DNA of 64,000 bases, from the NCBI GenBank assembly GCA_029250205.1, contig JAQWVA010000120.1, positions 16,610 through 80,609 on the forward strand, written 5' to 3'. A program made the position numbers and the translations under genes. Below are positions 49,884 to 60,508 of this stretch, in pieces. The first letter of the stretch is position 1. The number at the start of each line of letters is the position of its first letter. Under the pieces are notes generated by a model. It worked only from the letters and a program-made list of their open reading frames with translations. It was not told the DNA's origin and did no database searches. This DNA is from Tateyamaria sp. Lineage in GTDB: Bacteria > Pseudomonadota > Alphaproteobacteria > Rhodobacterales > Rhodobacteraceae.

Positions 49884-52800
49884 ATGATGAGCACGCAAAA
49901 GATTTCACTGAACGACCGCTATGACCTCGACAAAAGCCCAGTGTTGTTAAACGGCACACAGGCGTTGGTCAGATTGATGCTGATGCAAAAGGCGCGTGAT
50001 GTCGTGGCGGGACTTAATACAGCTGGCTATGTGACAGGCTACCGTGGGTCGCCGTTGGGAGCGGTCGATATGCAGATGACACGGGCCCTGAAACAGCTGG
50101 CTGCGTCGGATGTGACATTTCAAACGGGCCTGAACGAAGATCTTGCAGCGACTGCGCTTTGGGGCAGCCAGCAAGCAGAACTGCGCGGCGAGGGGAAATA
50201 TGATGGTGTTTTTGGCCTGTGGTACGGCAAGGGGCCCGGGGTGGACAGGTCAGGCGATGTGATGCGCCACGCCAACATGGCGGGGTCGTCGCGCAATGGC
50301 GGCGTTTTGATGGCGATGGGGGACGATCACACCGGTGAATCGTCGACCGTGTTGCACCAATCCGAGTTTGCGATGGTCGACGCTTACATGCCCGTAGTAT
50401 CGCCTGCAGGTGTGCAGGAAATCCTCGATTATGGGCTTTACGGCATAGCGCTTAGTCGTTTTGCCGGGGTTTGGGTCGGCTTAAAGACAATGAAGGATAC
50501 GGTAGAAGCGACATCGGTCGTGGATGGTGACCCACATCGTTTGAACTTTGTGGCGCCAGACTTTCAAATGCCCGATGGCGGGCTAAACATACGGCTGGTG
50601 GATGACCGGATCGAGCAAGAGGCGCGATTGGTCGATTACAAACGCTATGCCGCCGAAGCTTTTGCTAATGCCAACAAGATGGACAAACGCGTTTGGGGCA
50701 AACCGGGGGCTAAAATAGGCTTTGTGGCGGCGGGCAAAAACTGGCTCGATTTGGTGCACGCGCTTTCACTGCTCAACATTGATGCATCCGAGGCCGAGCG
50801 GCTTGGGGTGACCACCTACAAGGTCGGCCAGACGTGGCCACTGGACACCAAAACATTCAACCAGTGGGCCGAGGGCCTTGATGTGATTGTCGTGATTGAG
50901 GAAAAGCGCAAACTGATCGAAGTGCAGATCAAGGAAGCCATCTTTGACAATCGTGCGGGTCGCCGCGTCTATGGTGGCATGAAAGAGGGCGACGTATTTT
51001 TCAGCGCCAAATGGGCGCTCGACCCTGTCGAAATCGCCTCCAAGCTGGGTCAGGTTCTGATTGATGAGGGCCGCAACACAGATGGTATTCAAGCCGGCAT
51101 GGCGACGCTGGACGAAGCGCGCCGCGCGGATAATGCCGAAGAGATCGCGGCCCGGTTGCCTTACTTTTGCTCAGGCTGTCCACATAATTCATCGACCAAG
51201 GTGCCCGAAGGCAGCCGGGCCTATGCGGGTATTGGCTGTCATTTCATGGCGATCTGGATGGACCGTGAAACGTCTGGTTTTACCCACATGGGGGCTGAAG
51301 GCGCCAATTGGATCGGCGAGGCACCTTTTTCAAACCGACCCCACGTGTTCCAGAATATCGGAGATGGGACGTATAACCATTCAGGCGTACAGGCCATTCG
51401 CGCTGCTTTGGCTGCTGGCACGACGATAACCTACAAAATCCTGTATAATGATGCAGTAGCGATGACGGGTGGGCAGGGCAATGATGGCGATCTTGATCCC
51501 TACCGAATCGTGAACGAGGTCCGTGCAATGGGCTGCAAGAATGTCGCTGTTGTGTACGATGACAAAGAAGACGTAGATGTCGGACGATTTCCATCGGGCG
51601 TAGACGTTCAGGAACGGGTCAATCTGCCGCTGGTTCAAGAGCGCTTTGCGCAGACCGAGGGTGTCAGCATTATTGTTTATGTTCAGACCTGTGCCGCTGA
51701 AAAACGCCGCCGCCGCAAGCGGGGCACGTTCCCAGATATCGACAAGCGTGTCTTTATCAACACCGATGTCTGTGAAGGGTGCGGGGATTGTGGGGTGCAA
51801 TCGAACTGTGTTTCGATCGTGCCCAAGGACACCGAACTTGGCCGAAAACGCGCGATTGACCAGTCTTCGTGCAACAAGGATTTTTCTTGTGTCAAAGGGT
51901 TCTGCCCTTCGTTTGTGACCCTCGAAGGGGCGCAGGTCAAAAAACAGGTGACTGCTGATTTAAACCTTCCTGACCTGCCGATGCCAGAGTTGCCCACGAT
52001 CAAGGGTACTTGGAACGTGGTAGTGACCGGTGTTGGTGGCACTGGCGTTGTCACGATTGGGGCCTTGATGGCGCAGGCGGCCTATATCGATGGCAAGGGG
52101 GCGGGTGTGATGGAAATGGCGGGGCTGGCGCAAAAGGGCGGCGCTGTCCATATCCATTGCCGTCTGGCCAATGACCCGCATGACATTAGCGCCATTCGCG
52201 TGGCCACAGGAGAGGCCGATGCGTTGATCGGCGGTGATCTGGTTGTCAGTGCTGGTGCCAAGACACTTGGTCTGACCAGTGCAGGTCGCACCGGGGCAGT
52301 TGTGAACAGTCATGAAATTATCACAGGGGATTTCACTCGTAATACCGAATTTGCTTTGCCCTCTGATCGCCTCACGCTCGCGCTTGAGGCGCGGATGCGC
52401 GATCGGGTGGATCTGTTTGATGCGTCAGAACTGGCGCGGGTGACCATGGGCGATTCAATCTTTTCCAATATGATGATCTTTGGAGCCGCGTGGCAGCGCG
52501 GATTGTTGCCGTTAAGCCTTGATGCGATCCGACAGGCGATTGATCTGAACGGCACAGTTGTGGATAAAAACCTGCGTGCCTTTGATATTGGTCGATGGGC
52601 TGTTCTCAACCCTCATGATGCGCGCAACCTGGCAGCGCCAAAAGTGCTCGAACTTCCCAAAACGCTGGAGCAGAAGATCGCTTTCCGGGTAGAACACCTG
52701 ACGGCTTACCAGTCAAAGCGTTTGGCCAGACGCTATCGCAAGCTCGTCGACAGATTTGACGATGATCGCGTCAAAAAGGCCGTTGCCTCAGGATACCACA

Positions 52801-53288
52801 AACTGCTGGGCTACAAAGACGAATATGAAGTGGCACGGTTGCACCTTCAAACAGAAGCCAAGGCGCGCGAGGCATTTGATGGAGATTTTACTGTGAAATT
52901 CCATTTGGCCCCGCCGCTTTTGTCCAAGGATGGCCCAGACGGCCGTCCAATAAAAAAGGAATACGGCCCAGCGATGATGCGGAACTTTCGTATTCTCGCC
53001 CGACTTAAGCATCTGCGCGGGACCCCTTTTGACCCTTTTGGGCGCACAACCGAGCGACGCATGGAGCGTGCACTTATCAAGCAATATGAGGCAGACATGA
53101 ATGTGGTTTTGTCCCATCTGAACACCAACACACGCGAAGCGATCGTTGCTCTGGCCGAACTTCCGCTTCAAATTAGGGGCTTTGGTCCTATCAAACACGC
53201 GAACGAGGCTAAAGCTGCCAAACGTCGCGAAGAACTTTTGGGTGTGATCCGACAAGGTGGGCCTGATCTGTCCAAAGTCGCTGAATGA
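49884..53288 (+). CDS. Indolepyruvate/phenylpyruvate:ferredoxin oxidoreductase, fused alpha-beta
   Basis: GYRGSPLG, NEDLAAT, FCSGCPHN, TPP motif GDGTYNHSG, ferredoxin CEGCGDC...C, GVGGTGVVT; RBS GGGAGG. Confidence 0.93.
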   Translation: MMSTQKISLNDRYDLDKSPVLLNGTQALVRLMLMQKARDVVAGLNTAGYVTGYRGSPLGAVDMQMTRALKQLAASDVTFQTGLNEDLAATALWGSQQAELRGEGKYDGVFGLWYGKGPGVDRSGDVMRHANMAGSSRNGGVLMAMGDDHTGESSTVLHQSEFAMVDAYMPVVSPAGVQEILDYGLYGIALSRFAGVWVGLKTMKDTVEATSVVDGDPHRLNFVAPDFQMPDGGLNIRLVDDRIEQEARLVDYKRYAAEAFANANKMDKRVWGKPGAKIGFVAAGKNWLDLVHALSLLNIDASEAERLGVTTYKVGQTWPLDTKTFNQWAEGLDVIVVIEEKRKLIEVQIKEAIFDNRAGRRVYGGMKEGDVFFSAKWALDPVEIASKLGQVLIDEGRNTDGIQAGMATLDEARRADNAEEIAARLPYFCSGCPHNSSTKVPEGSRAYAGIGCHFMAIWMDRETSGFTHMGAEGANWIGEAPFSNRPHVFQNIGDGTYNHSGVQAIRAALAAGTTITYKILYNDAVAMTGGQGNDGDLDPYRIVNEVRAMGCKNVAVVYDDKEDVDVGRFPSGVDVQERVNLPLVQERFAQTEGVSIIVYVQTCAAEKRRRRKRGTFPDIDKRVFINTDVCEGCGDCGVQSNCVSIVPKDTELGRKRAIDQSSCNKDFSCVKGFCPSFVTLEGAQVKKQVTADLNLPDLPMPELPTIKGTWNVVVTGVGGTGVVTIGALMAQAAYIDGKGAGVMEMAGLAQKGGAVHIHCRLANDPHDISAIRVATGEADALIGGDLVVSAGAKTLGLTSAGRTGAVVNSHEIITGDFTRNTEFALPSDRLTLALEARMRDRVDLFDASELARVTMGDSIFSNMMIFGAAWQRGLLPLSLDAIRQAIDLNGTVVDKNLRAFDIGRWAVLNPHDARNLAAPKVLELPKTLEQKIAFRVEHLTAYQSKRLARRYRKLVDRFDDDRVKKAVASGYHKLLGYKDEYEVARLHLQTEAKAREAFDGDFTVKFHLAPPLLSKDGPDGRPIKKEYGPAMMRNFRILARLKHLRGTPFDPFGRTTERRMERALIKQYEADMNVVLSHLNTNTREAIVALAELPLQIRGFGPIKHANEAKAAKRREELLGVIRQGGPDLSKVAE

Positions 53289-53379
53289 ATGAATTGCACG
53301 TTCGTTTTAAAGGCTGGTCAGAAAGGTTTTCTAATTATAAATAGCGGTTCTTGACGACCTGAAAGTGTAGCCCAAGACC

Positions 53380-54273
53380 ATGCCGCATTCAAAACGCCAG
53401 ATCGCTCGTGATATCAGCTATGCTCATTCAGCCACCACTAAAAGCGGCCGTGCGGTCATTCGTCTTATGGAAAATACGACGGGCAGATTGCGGTTGATCA
53501 AACGTGCCGTTGGTTATCAGAAAGACGTTGCCGCAGGCCGAGACTTTTGGCTGGTAATGCTTGAGCGCTATGGCCTGACGCTTGAGATAGCCGGCGGTAG
53601 TCTGGACAATATTCCAAAAGATGGGCCGCTGATTGTAACTGCGAACCACCCTTACGGCATCCTTGACGGTTTGATGATGGGACATATCCTGTCAACGGTG
53701 CGGGACGATTTTAGGCTTTTGGCGAATAGTGTATTCTGCAACGCTGATGATCTGAATCGAATCATCTTGCCGATTTCTTTTGATGACACGAAAGAGGCAG
53801 CCAAATTAAACATAAAATCACGCAAGGCCGCTCTGAGCTATCTTGACGACGGCGGTGCTATCGGCATTTTTCCTGGTGGTACGGTCAGTACGGCGGTCCG
53901 GCCATTTGCCAGTAAACCTATGGATCCTCGCTGGCGCAGTTTCACAGCGCGGATGGTTACCAAATCTAACGCAACCGTCGTCTCTATTTACTTTGACGGG
54001 CACACCAGTAAGTTGTTTCAACTGGCAAGCCACATGCACACAACTCTGCGCATGGGTTTGATGATCCGCGAGTTTCGCGAGCGGGTCGACGCGCCCGTTA
54101 AAGTAGTGATCGGCACACCGCTGGATCGGGCGGATTTGGACCCTTTAAGGCAGGATTCAAAAGCCATGATGGAGTTCTTGCGAAAAAGCACTTATGAGCT
54201 GGCACCAAGCCCGGTAAAATTATTCGATCTGGGGTATGAGTTCGATGACAAGCATCGTGGGGCAGGGGCCTGA
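53380..54273 (+). CDS. Lysophospholipid acyltransferase-family protein
   Basis: [26 protein letters not shown]. Confidence 0.85.
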   Translation: MPHSKRQIARDISYAHSATTKSGRAVIRLMENTTGRLRLIKRAVGYQKDVAAGRDFWLVMLERYGLTLEIAGGSLDNIPKDGPLIVTANHPYGILDGLMMGHILSTVRDDFRLLANSVFCNADDLNRIILPISFDDTKEAAKLNIKSRKAALSYLDDGGAIGIFPGGTVSTAVRPFASKPMDPRWRSFTARMVTKSNATVVSIYFDGHTSKLFQLASHMHTTLRMGLMIREFRERVDAPVKVVIGTPLDRADLDPLRQDSKAMMEFLRKSTYELAPSPVKLFDLGYEFDDKHRGAGA

Positions 54274-54313
54274 AGCGACGCAGCAAGAGGCAGGTCATAG
54301 ACCTGATGCAGAC

Positions 54314-55123
54314 ATGGCAATTGGTATTTTTGATTCAGGCTTAGGCGGACTAACGGTTCTGCAAGCGGCGCAAAAGCGGCTTCCGGATGTTGAGTTTGTC
54401 TATCTCGCCGACAGTGCGCATGCGCCTTATGGCGTGCGCACGGCTGATGATATCTATGATTTGACGTGCACATCGGTGCAGCGTCTGTTCGACGCTGGCT
54501 GCGATCTGGTGATCCTTGCGTGTAACACCGCGTCTGCGGCTGCCTTGCGCCGGATGCAGGAAATTTGGGTGCCAAAGAATAAACGCGTGCTTGGCGTTTT
54601 TGTCCCGCTGATCGAGGCGCTGACAGAACGTCAATGGGGCGATAATTCTCCACCACGCGAGGTCGCTGTGAAACATGTGGCGCTTTTTGCAACGCCCGCA
54701 ACAGTCGCCAGCCGTGCGTTTCAGCGTGAATTGGCATTTCGCGCCATTGGCGTTGACGTAGAAGCGCAAGCCTGTGGTGGTGTTGTTGATGCGATCGAGG
54801 ATGGTGACATGATCCTTGCCGAGGCGCTGGTGCGGTCGCACGTAGATGCGCTCATGCGCAAGATGCCCGATCCGCAAGCCGCCATTTTGGGCTGCACCCA
54901 TTATCCGCTGATGCAAGAGGCTTTTCAGGCGGCGCTGGGTTCGGCTGTGAAAGTCTATTCTCAGGGTCATCTGGTGGGCGAAAGCCTCGCTGACTATCTG
55001 AAACGTCACCCCGACAAGATGGGGCTAGGACAAACAGCATATCTTACCACGGGTGACCCGGCGCGGGTGAGCGACCGCGCAACTCAGTTCCTGCGACGAC
55101 AGATTGTGTTCGAAGCCGCCTGA
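54314..55123 (+). CDS. murI: Glutamate racemase
   Basis: [30 protein letters not shown]. Confidence 0.95.
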   Translation: MAIGIFDSGLGGLTVLQAAQKRLPDVEFVYLADSAHAPYGVRTADDIYDLTCTSVQRLFDAGCDLVILACNTASAAALRRMQEIWVPKNKRVLGVFVPLIEALTERQWGDNSPPREVAVKHVALFATPATVASRAFQRELAFRAIGVDVEAQACGGVVDAIEDGDMILAEALVRSHVDALMRKMPDPQAAILGCTHYPLMQEAFQAALGSAVKVYSQGHLVGESLADYLKRHPDKMGLGQTAYLTTGDPARVSDRATQFLRRQIVFEAA

Positions 55124-55151
55124 ATCTAACCCTTTATTCAAGAAGACTGAC

Positions 55152-56180
55152 ATGACCTATTCCATCGCTATTCTGGGTGCATCCGGCTACACAGGTGCAG
55201 AATTGATAAGATTGATTGCCGGGCATGGCTTAATCGAAATCAAGGCCTTAGGCGCGTTCTCAAAGGCTGGGCAGACCGTGGCGCAGGTGTTTCCGCATTT
55301 GCGGCACCTTGATCTACCGCCGCTGGTTCCGTTTGATGACATCGACTGGTCTGGCATTGATCTGTGTTTTTGCGCGCTGCCCCATAAGACCAGCCAAGAG
55401 GTGATCTCTGGCCTGCCTCGTGACCTAAAGATCGTAGATCTGTCTGCTGATTTCCGGCTGCGCGACCCGGAAGCTTATGCAACGTGGTACGGAAATGCGC
55501 ATGTGGCAATCGAGATGCAAGGCGAGGCCGTATATGGCCTAACTGAATTTTATCGAGAAGACATCGCCCGCGCTCGGCTTGTTGCCGGCACTGGATGTAA
55601 CGCAGCGACCGGACAATTTGCGCTGCGGCCTTTGATTGCTGCTGGCGTGATTGATTTGGATGACATCATTCTTGACCTTAAGGCGGCCGTCTCTGGCGCG
55701 GGTCGTGCGCTCAAGGAAAACCTGCTGCACGCAGAGTTGAGCGAGGGCTATCATGCCTATGCACTTGGTGGAACGCACCGGCACCTCGGCGAGTTCGATC
55801 AGGAGTTTTCAAAGGTAGCGGGCCGCGACGTGCATATCCAGTTTGTGCCACATCTGATCCCGGCGAACCGGGGTATTCTTGGCACGGCCTATGTCAAAGG
55901 AGATGCGCAGAGCGTGTATGATACGCTTGCGAATACCTATGCTGCAGAGCCATTTATCAAGGTCTTGCCGATGGGTGAGGCCCCAAGCACGCGCCATATT
56001 CGCGGTTCGAATTTTTGCCACATCGGCGTTATCGCTGACCGCTTGCCAGGGCGCGTTGTGGTCATTGCTGCTTTGGACAACCTGACAAAGGGATCATCGG
56101 GGCAAGCGTTGCAAAACGCCAATCTGATGTTAGGACTGGACGAAGCCGAGGGGCTGATGATGGCACCGCTCTTCCCATAA
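55152..56180 (+). CDS. argC: N-acetyl-gamma-glutamyl-phosphate reductase
   Basis: [36 protein letters not shown]. Confidence 0.96.
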   Translation: MTYSIAILGASGYTGAELIRLIAGHGLIEIKALGAFSKAGQTVAQVFPHLRHLDLPPLVPFDDIDWSGIDLCFCALPHKTSQEVISGLPRDLKIVDLSADFRLRDPEAYATWYGNAHVAIEMQGEAVYGLTEFYREDIARARLVAGTGCNAATGQFALRPLIAAGVIDLDDIILDLKAAVSGAGRALKENLLHAELSEGYHAYALGGTHRHLGEFDQEFSKVAGRDVHIQFVPHLIPANRGILGTAYVKGDAQSVYDTLANTYAAEPFIKVLPMGEAPSTRHIRGSNFCHIGVIADRLPGRVVVIAALDNLTKGSSGQALQNANLMLGLDEAEGLMMAPLFP

Positions 56181-56225
56181 GCGGATATTTTCTAGGCATT
56201 TGTGCCATTGCAAAGGGTGACGCGC

Positions 56226-56669
56226 ATGAAGAACCTAAAGAAACAGCGGCGGATTCAGATTGTTGCCTTGGCTGCGGTGGCGCTGGCGGTCTCGACCGCG
56301 CTGATTGGATATGCGATGCGTGATGGGATTAACTTCTTTCGTGCACCGAGCCAGATCATTGCGGAACCGCCTGCACCCAATGAAGTCTTTCGCATTGGTG
56401 GCCTTGTGGTCGAGGGCACGTTGATACGCGGTCAGGGCGAATCGATCCGATTTGAGGTGACCGATGGCGGGGCGAATGTGCCTGTCGTGTTCACCGGCGT
56501 TCTGCCGGATCTTTTTAGCGAAAACGAAGGGATGGTAGGCACTGGCCGTTATATAAATGGTGTCTTTGAAGCGACTGAAATCCTTGCCAAACACGATGAA
56601 ACATACATGCCTGCCGAAGTGGTGGATGCTCTCAAAGAGCAAGGGGTTTACAAAGATCCCAACGGCTAA
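56226..56669 (+). CDS. ccmE: Cytochrome c maturation heme chaperone
   Basis: FRIGGLV, LPDLFSENEG, ILAKHDETYMP. Confidence 0.95.
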   Translation: MKNLKKQRRIQIVALAAVALAVSTALIGYAMRDGINFFRAPSQIIAEPPAPNEVFRIGGLVVEGTLIRGQGESIRFEVTDGGANVPVVFTGVLPDLFSENEGMVGTGRYINGVFEATEILAKHDETYMPAEVVDALKEQGVYKDPNG

Positions 56670-56734
56670 CGTACGCTGGGGTTAGCACCTTTTAACCAAA
56701 CTCAGAACAGTCTTCCGTCGCAAATTGGCGAAGG

Positions 56735-57344
56735 ATGCTGTCGGTCAAAAAAATAGTGCGAGAAATCGTGCACCGCGAAGGCGGCTACGTGAACGATCCG
56801 GACGATCCCGGCGGTGCAACGAACTTTGGTGTTACAATTCATACGATGCGCAGGCTTGGCATGGATTTAGATGCTGACAGTGATACCGATGCCGCGGATG
56901 TCAAATTTTTGAAGCCCGAACAGGCCATCGACATCTTTGTGATCCATTACTTTGAACGGCCATTGATCGCAGAATTGCCTGTCGCGCTGCATGCGACAGT
57001 TTTTGATATGTATATCAACGCCGGCGGCAATGCGATCAAGATATTGCAGAGACTGCTATGTCAGATGGAGCATACCGTCGTGGTTGATGTAGCATTGCCC
57101 TCAGTCGATTGCTGCCGCCCACGCGGCTTGGTGCGCAGCACCTGATCATCTGGTGGATGCCTACGGGATCGCGCGGCGCAATTACTACTTTCGGATTGCC
57201 GACCGACGCCCGGCTAGTCGCAAATACGCTCGTACGAAGACATGCAGCAAAGGCGGATGGATCCGCCGTGCCGAAGAATTCATTGCGTCGCGCTATCATT
57301 TAAGCGCCACACAATTTCAGCAAAGGATTGCATCATGGGACTGA
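56735..57344 (+). pseudogene. GH108 endolysin (GTA-type), frameshifted at about 57097
   Basis: EGGYVNDPDDPGGATNFGVT. Adding 2 nt after GCA TTG restores ALGPQSIAAAH...DAYGIARRNYY...KGGWIRRAEEF through to the stop at 57344. Confidence 0.85.
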
Positions 57345-57907
57345 TTGAACGGGTGTTCAGCCTGCTGTTCGGCAGCGGCGGCAATGTGGTGAAGGACACC
57401 GTAGAAATATTCCGTGAAAACAGCGAGGCGGGGGCTGCGCGGGCGAGGGTGGTACAGATGCAAGCCATGTCGGAGTTTGGTCGAGAATTTATTGTTCCGC
57501 GCCACGGGGGCTTTGACCGTTTTATGGATGGGATGAACCGGTTGCCCCGACCGGCATTGGCGCTTGGAACATTGGGATTGTTTGTATCTGCGATGGTTGC
57601 CCCGTTGTGGTTTGCCGAGCGGATGCAGGGCATCGCATTGGTGCCCGAGCCGCTGTGGTGGTTGTTGGGGGTCGTTGTGTCATTTTACTTCGGGGCGCGT
57701 CACCAAGTGAAATCACAGGATTTTCAACGTGAGATTGCCCATAGTATGACGCGCGTATCCCAAGTGATGAATAATGTCCGTGCACTGCGCGAGATGCGCG
57801 CCGAGAGCGTCGGCGCTGCTGCGACGGGTGTGGATGCGCAATTGACTGCGGCATCGTTGGTGCCGGGGGACAACCCAGCGCTTGAAGACTGGCAGAGGGC
57901 AGCTTAA
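57335..57907 (+). CDS. Holin (GTA-type, DUF3154-like)
   Basis: Overlaps the endolysin stop; FDRFMDGMNRLPRP, VPEPLWWLLGVVVSFYFGAR. Confidence 0.85.
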   Translation: MGLIERVFSLLFGSGGNVVKDTVEIFRENSEAGAARARVVQMQAMSEFGREFIVPRHGGFDRFMDGMNRLPRPALALGTLGLFVSAMVAPLWFAERMQGIALVPEPLWWLLGVVVSFYFGARHQVKSQDFQREIAHSMTRVSQVMNNVRALREMRAESVGAAATGVDAQLTAASLVPGDNPALEDWQRAA

Positions 57908-58024
57908 GTTTTTAACAGTGTTGGCCTTTATGTATCACTGAGCGTTACGCGTATGACGCGCCTGTGATGCGGCAAATGTGTCTTGGGCATTGGCGTGGGC
58001 GCATCAGCGACATATAAATAGGAT

Positions 58025-59983
58025 ATGAATACAGAACTCGGACATTTTGCGCTCATCCTTGCCTTTGTCGTGGCCATCGTACAAGCGACCATTCCGCTTA
58101 TTGGCGCATGGCGCAGATATCCGGGCTGGATGGCTGTGGCGCAGCCTGCGGCGACAGTACAATTCTGGCTGATCGCAGTGGCCTTTGGGGCCTTGATGTG
58201 GGCTTTTGTAGTCTCAGATTTTTCTTTGCGTCTGGTCGTGCTGAACAGCCATTCGGCCAAGCCGATGCTTTATAAAATTTCTGGCACCTGGGGCAACCAC
58301 GAAGGATCGATGCTGCTTTGGGTGTTGATCGTGGCGCTGTTTGGCGCGATGGCGGCTTGGTTCGGCGGCAATTTGCCACCCACACTGCGTGCACGTGTGC
58401 TGGCGGTTCAGGGCGCAATAGGAGCTGCGTTTCTGGCCTTTATCCTCTTTACCTCAAACCCGTTTTTGCGACTTGCGGTGCCGCCCTTTGACGGGCAGGA
58501 TCTCAACCCGCTGTTGCAGGATCCGGGCCTCGCTTTTCATCCACCGTTTCTGTACCTCGGATATGTGGGCCTGAGCATGGCTTTTTCGTTTGCTGTTGCT
58601 GCGTTGATCGAGGGCCGCGTCGATGCTGCCTGGGGGCGGTGGGTGCGCCCGTGGACCCTGGCGGCATGGATATTCCTGACCATCGGCATCGCACTAGGGT
58701 CTTGGTGGGCCTATTATGAACTGGGTTGGGGAGGTTTCTGGTTCTGGGACCCGGTTGAAAATGCGTCTTTCATGCCATGGCTTTTGGCGGCAGCGCTGCT
58801 CCATTCGGCTATCGTTGTAGAAAAACGCGAGAGCCTAAAGTCATGGACGATCCTGCTTGCCATCCTAGCGTTTGGCTTTTCGCTGATTGGTACGTTCATT
58901 GTGCGTTCGGGGCTGCTGACCTCGGTGCATGCCTTTGCCAACGATCCTGAACGCGGCGTCTTTATTCTGATGATCATGGGCTTTTTCATGGGCGGTGCGC
59001 TAATTTTATTTACCCTGCGCGCCGGTGTGATGGAGGCGCGTGGCGTCTTTGGCATGGTCAGCCGCGAGAGCGCGCTGGTAGCAAACAATCTACTGCTTGC
59101 TGTAAGTTGTTTTGTCGTCTTTGTCGGCACGATGTGGCCGCTGGTGGCAGAGATGTTCTTTGACCGCAAACTGAGCGTTGGAGCGCCGTTTTTCAACATG
59201 GCGTTTACGCCGTTCATGGTGCTGCTTGGCTTGATCATGCCTGTGGGCGCGATGATGCCGTGGAAGCGCGCAAGCCTACGCAGGGCGATACGGCCCCTGC
59301 GCTATGTTTTTGTGGCTGCCATTGCTTTTGGTGGACTGGCCTGGACGATGCAGACTGGACGCAGCTTGATTGGGCCAGTGGGTGCCTTTCTGGGTGCATG
59401 GCTGGTCATGGGGGCGGCTGTTGATCTGGCAAGCCGCACGGGTCAAAGGTTTAACATGGCGCGCCTGTTCCGTTTGCCCCGCGCCGATTGGGGCAAGACG
59501 GTTGCCCATTCGGGCCTTGGCATCACCATGCTGGGTGTTGCGGGGCTGACGGCGTGGCAGTCTGAAGATATCAGGGTTGCGCAAATCGGTGAACCGTTCG
59601 ATGTGGGGGGGTATACCCTGACGCTGAATAGTGTCGAAGAATTTCAAGGGCCAAATTATTTGTCGACAATGGGGCTGGTGACGCTGGCAAAGGATGGCCG
59701 TGAAATCGCTCAGATGCAGCCAGAAAAACGGATGTACCCAGTAGCTCAGATGCCCACCACCGAAGCGGCGATCGACTATAACCTCGCCCGTGACGTCTAT
59801 GTTGTTATCGGCGATCCACAACAAAATGGAGGCTGGGCCGTGCGCACCTACATCAAACCCCTGACCAATTGGATCTGGATCGGCTGTGCGCTTATGGCTT
59901 TCGGAGGGCTTTTGTCGCTGAGCGATCGGCGGTTCCGTGTGGCTGTCGGTGCCCGCAAATCGCAACCGGTGGTGGTGGAATGA
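58025..59983 (+). CDS. ccmF: Cytochrome c heme lyase
   Basis: WGNHEGS, FHPPFLYLGY, WWAYYELGWGGFWFWDPVENAS. Confidence 0.97.
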   Translation: MNTELGHFALILAFVVAIVQATIPLIGAWRRYPGWMAVAQPAATVQFWLIAVAFGALMWAFVVSDFSLRLVVLNSHSAKPMLYKISGTWGNHEGSMLLWVLIVALFGAMAAWFGGNLPPTLRARVLAVQGAIGAAFLAFILFTSNPFLRLAVPPFDGQDLNPLLQDPGLAFHPPFLYLGYVGLSMAFSFAVAALIEGRVDAAWGRWVRPWTLAAWIFLTIGIALGSWWAYYELGWGGFWFWDPVENASFMPWLLAAALLHSAIVVEKRESLKSWTILLAILAFGFSLIGTFIVRSGLLTSVHAFANDPERGVFILMIMGFFMGGALILFTLRAGVMEARGVFGMVSRESALVANNLLLAVSCFVVFVGTMWPLVAEMFFDRKLSVGAPFFNMAFTPFMVLLGLIMPVGAMMPWKRASLRRAIRPLRYVFVAAIAFGGLAWTMQTGRSLIGPVGAFLGAWLVMGAAVDLASRTGQRFNMARLFRLPRADWGKTVAHSGLGITMLGVAGLTAWQSEDIRVAQIGEPFDVGGYTLTLNSVEEFQGPNYLSTMGLVTLAKDGREIAQMQPEKRMYPVAQMPTTEAAIDYNLARDVYVVIGDPQQNGGWAVRTYIKPLTNWIWIGCALMAFGGLLSLSDRRFRVAVGARKSQPVVVE

Positions 59984-60435
59984 TCCGGCTGGCGACAGCC
60001 TTGTGGTTGGTGATGTCGGGCATGGCCATGGCGCTGGATCCGTCCGAAATGCTCGCAGACCCGGCCCTAGAGGCGCGTGCCCGGGGCCTAGACCATGCAA
60101 TGCGCTGCGTTGTCTGCCAGTCGGAATCAGTTGCCTCTTCAAATGCAACCTGGGCGGTTGAGGCACGGCGCGTGATCCGTGAACAGATTGCGTCGGGCAA
60201 GAACAACGATGAAGTAATGGATTTTTTCGTTGAGCGTTATGGAGAGTTCGTTCTGATGAACCCGCGCACCAGCGGTTCAAATTGGCTGCTCTGGGCTGCA
60301 GGGCCTTTGATGTTCCTTATGGCGTTAGGTGGCGGCGTTGGTTACATTCGGGGCCGTGCACAAGCCACGCAAGCCAAATCTGATCCTTTGAGTGCCGAAG
60401 AAGCCAAACGCCTGAGCGAAATTCTGGATGAGTGA
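59980..60435 (+). CDS. ccmH: Cytochrome c biogenesis protein CcmH/CycL
   Basis: MRCVVCQSES, RYGEFVLMNP; ATGA overlap with ccmF. Confidence 0.92.
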   Translation: MIRLATALWLVMSGMAMALDPSEMLADPALEARARGLDHAMRCVVCQSESVASSNATWAVEARRVIREQIASGKNNDEVMDFFVERYGEFVLMNPRTSGSNWLLWAAGPLMFLMALGGGVGYIRGRAQATQAKSDPLSAEEAKRLSEILDE

Positions 60436-60508
60436 CGCGCGGTCGGGGCTGTTCTGAACTGAACGGTTTGATATGCACGAAAAGACCGGTAACCTGAGGA
60501 ACCCAAGC

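Noticed and set aside
56681-56697. CtrA site upstream of the endolysin (GTTAG-caccttt-TAACC)
   Set aside because: The half-site spacing is one base short of TTAA-N7-TTAA and one half is degenerate.
56735-57907. Prophage
   Set aside because: Only a lysis pair is present; there are no integrase, terminase, capsid or tail genes and the flanks are housekeeping ccm genes.
59276-60280. 334-aa antisense ORF (similar cases: 45992-46864, 23550-24308, 13705-14322)
   Set aside because: These lie opposite well-supported genes, have no motifs, and are expected from codon bias in GC-rich DNA.
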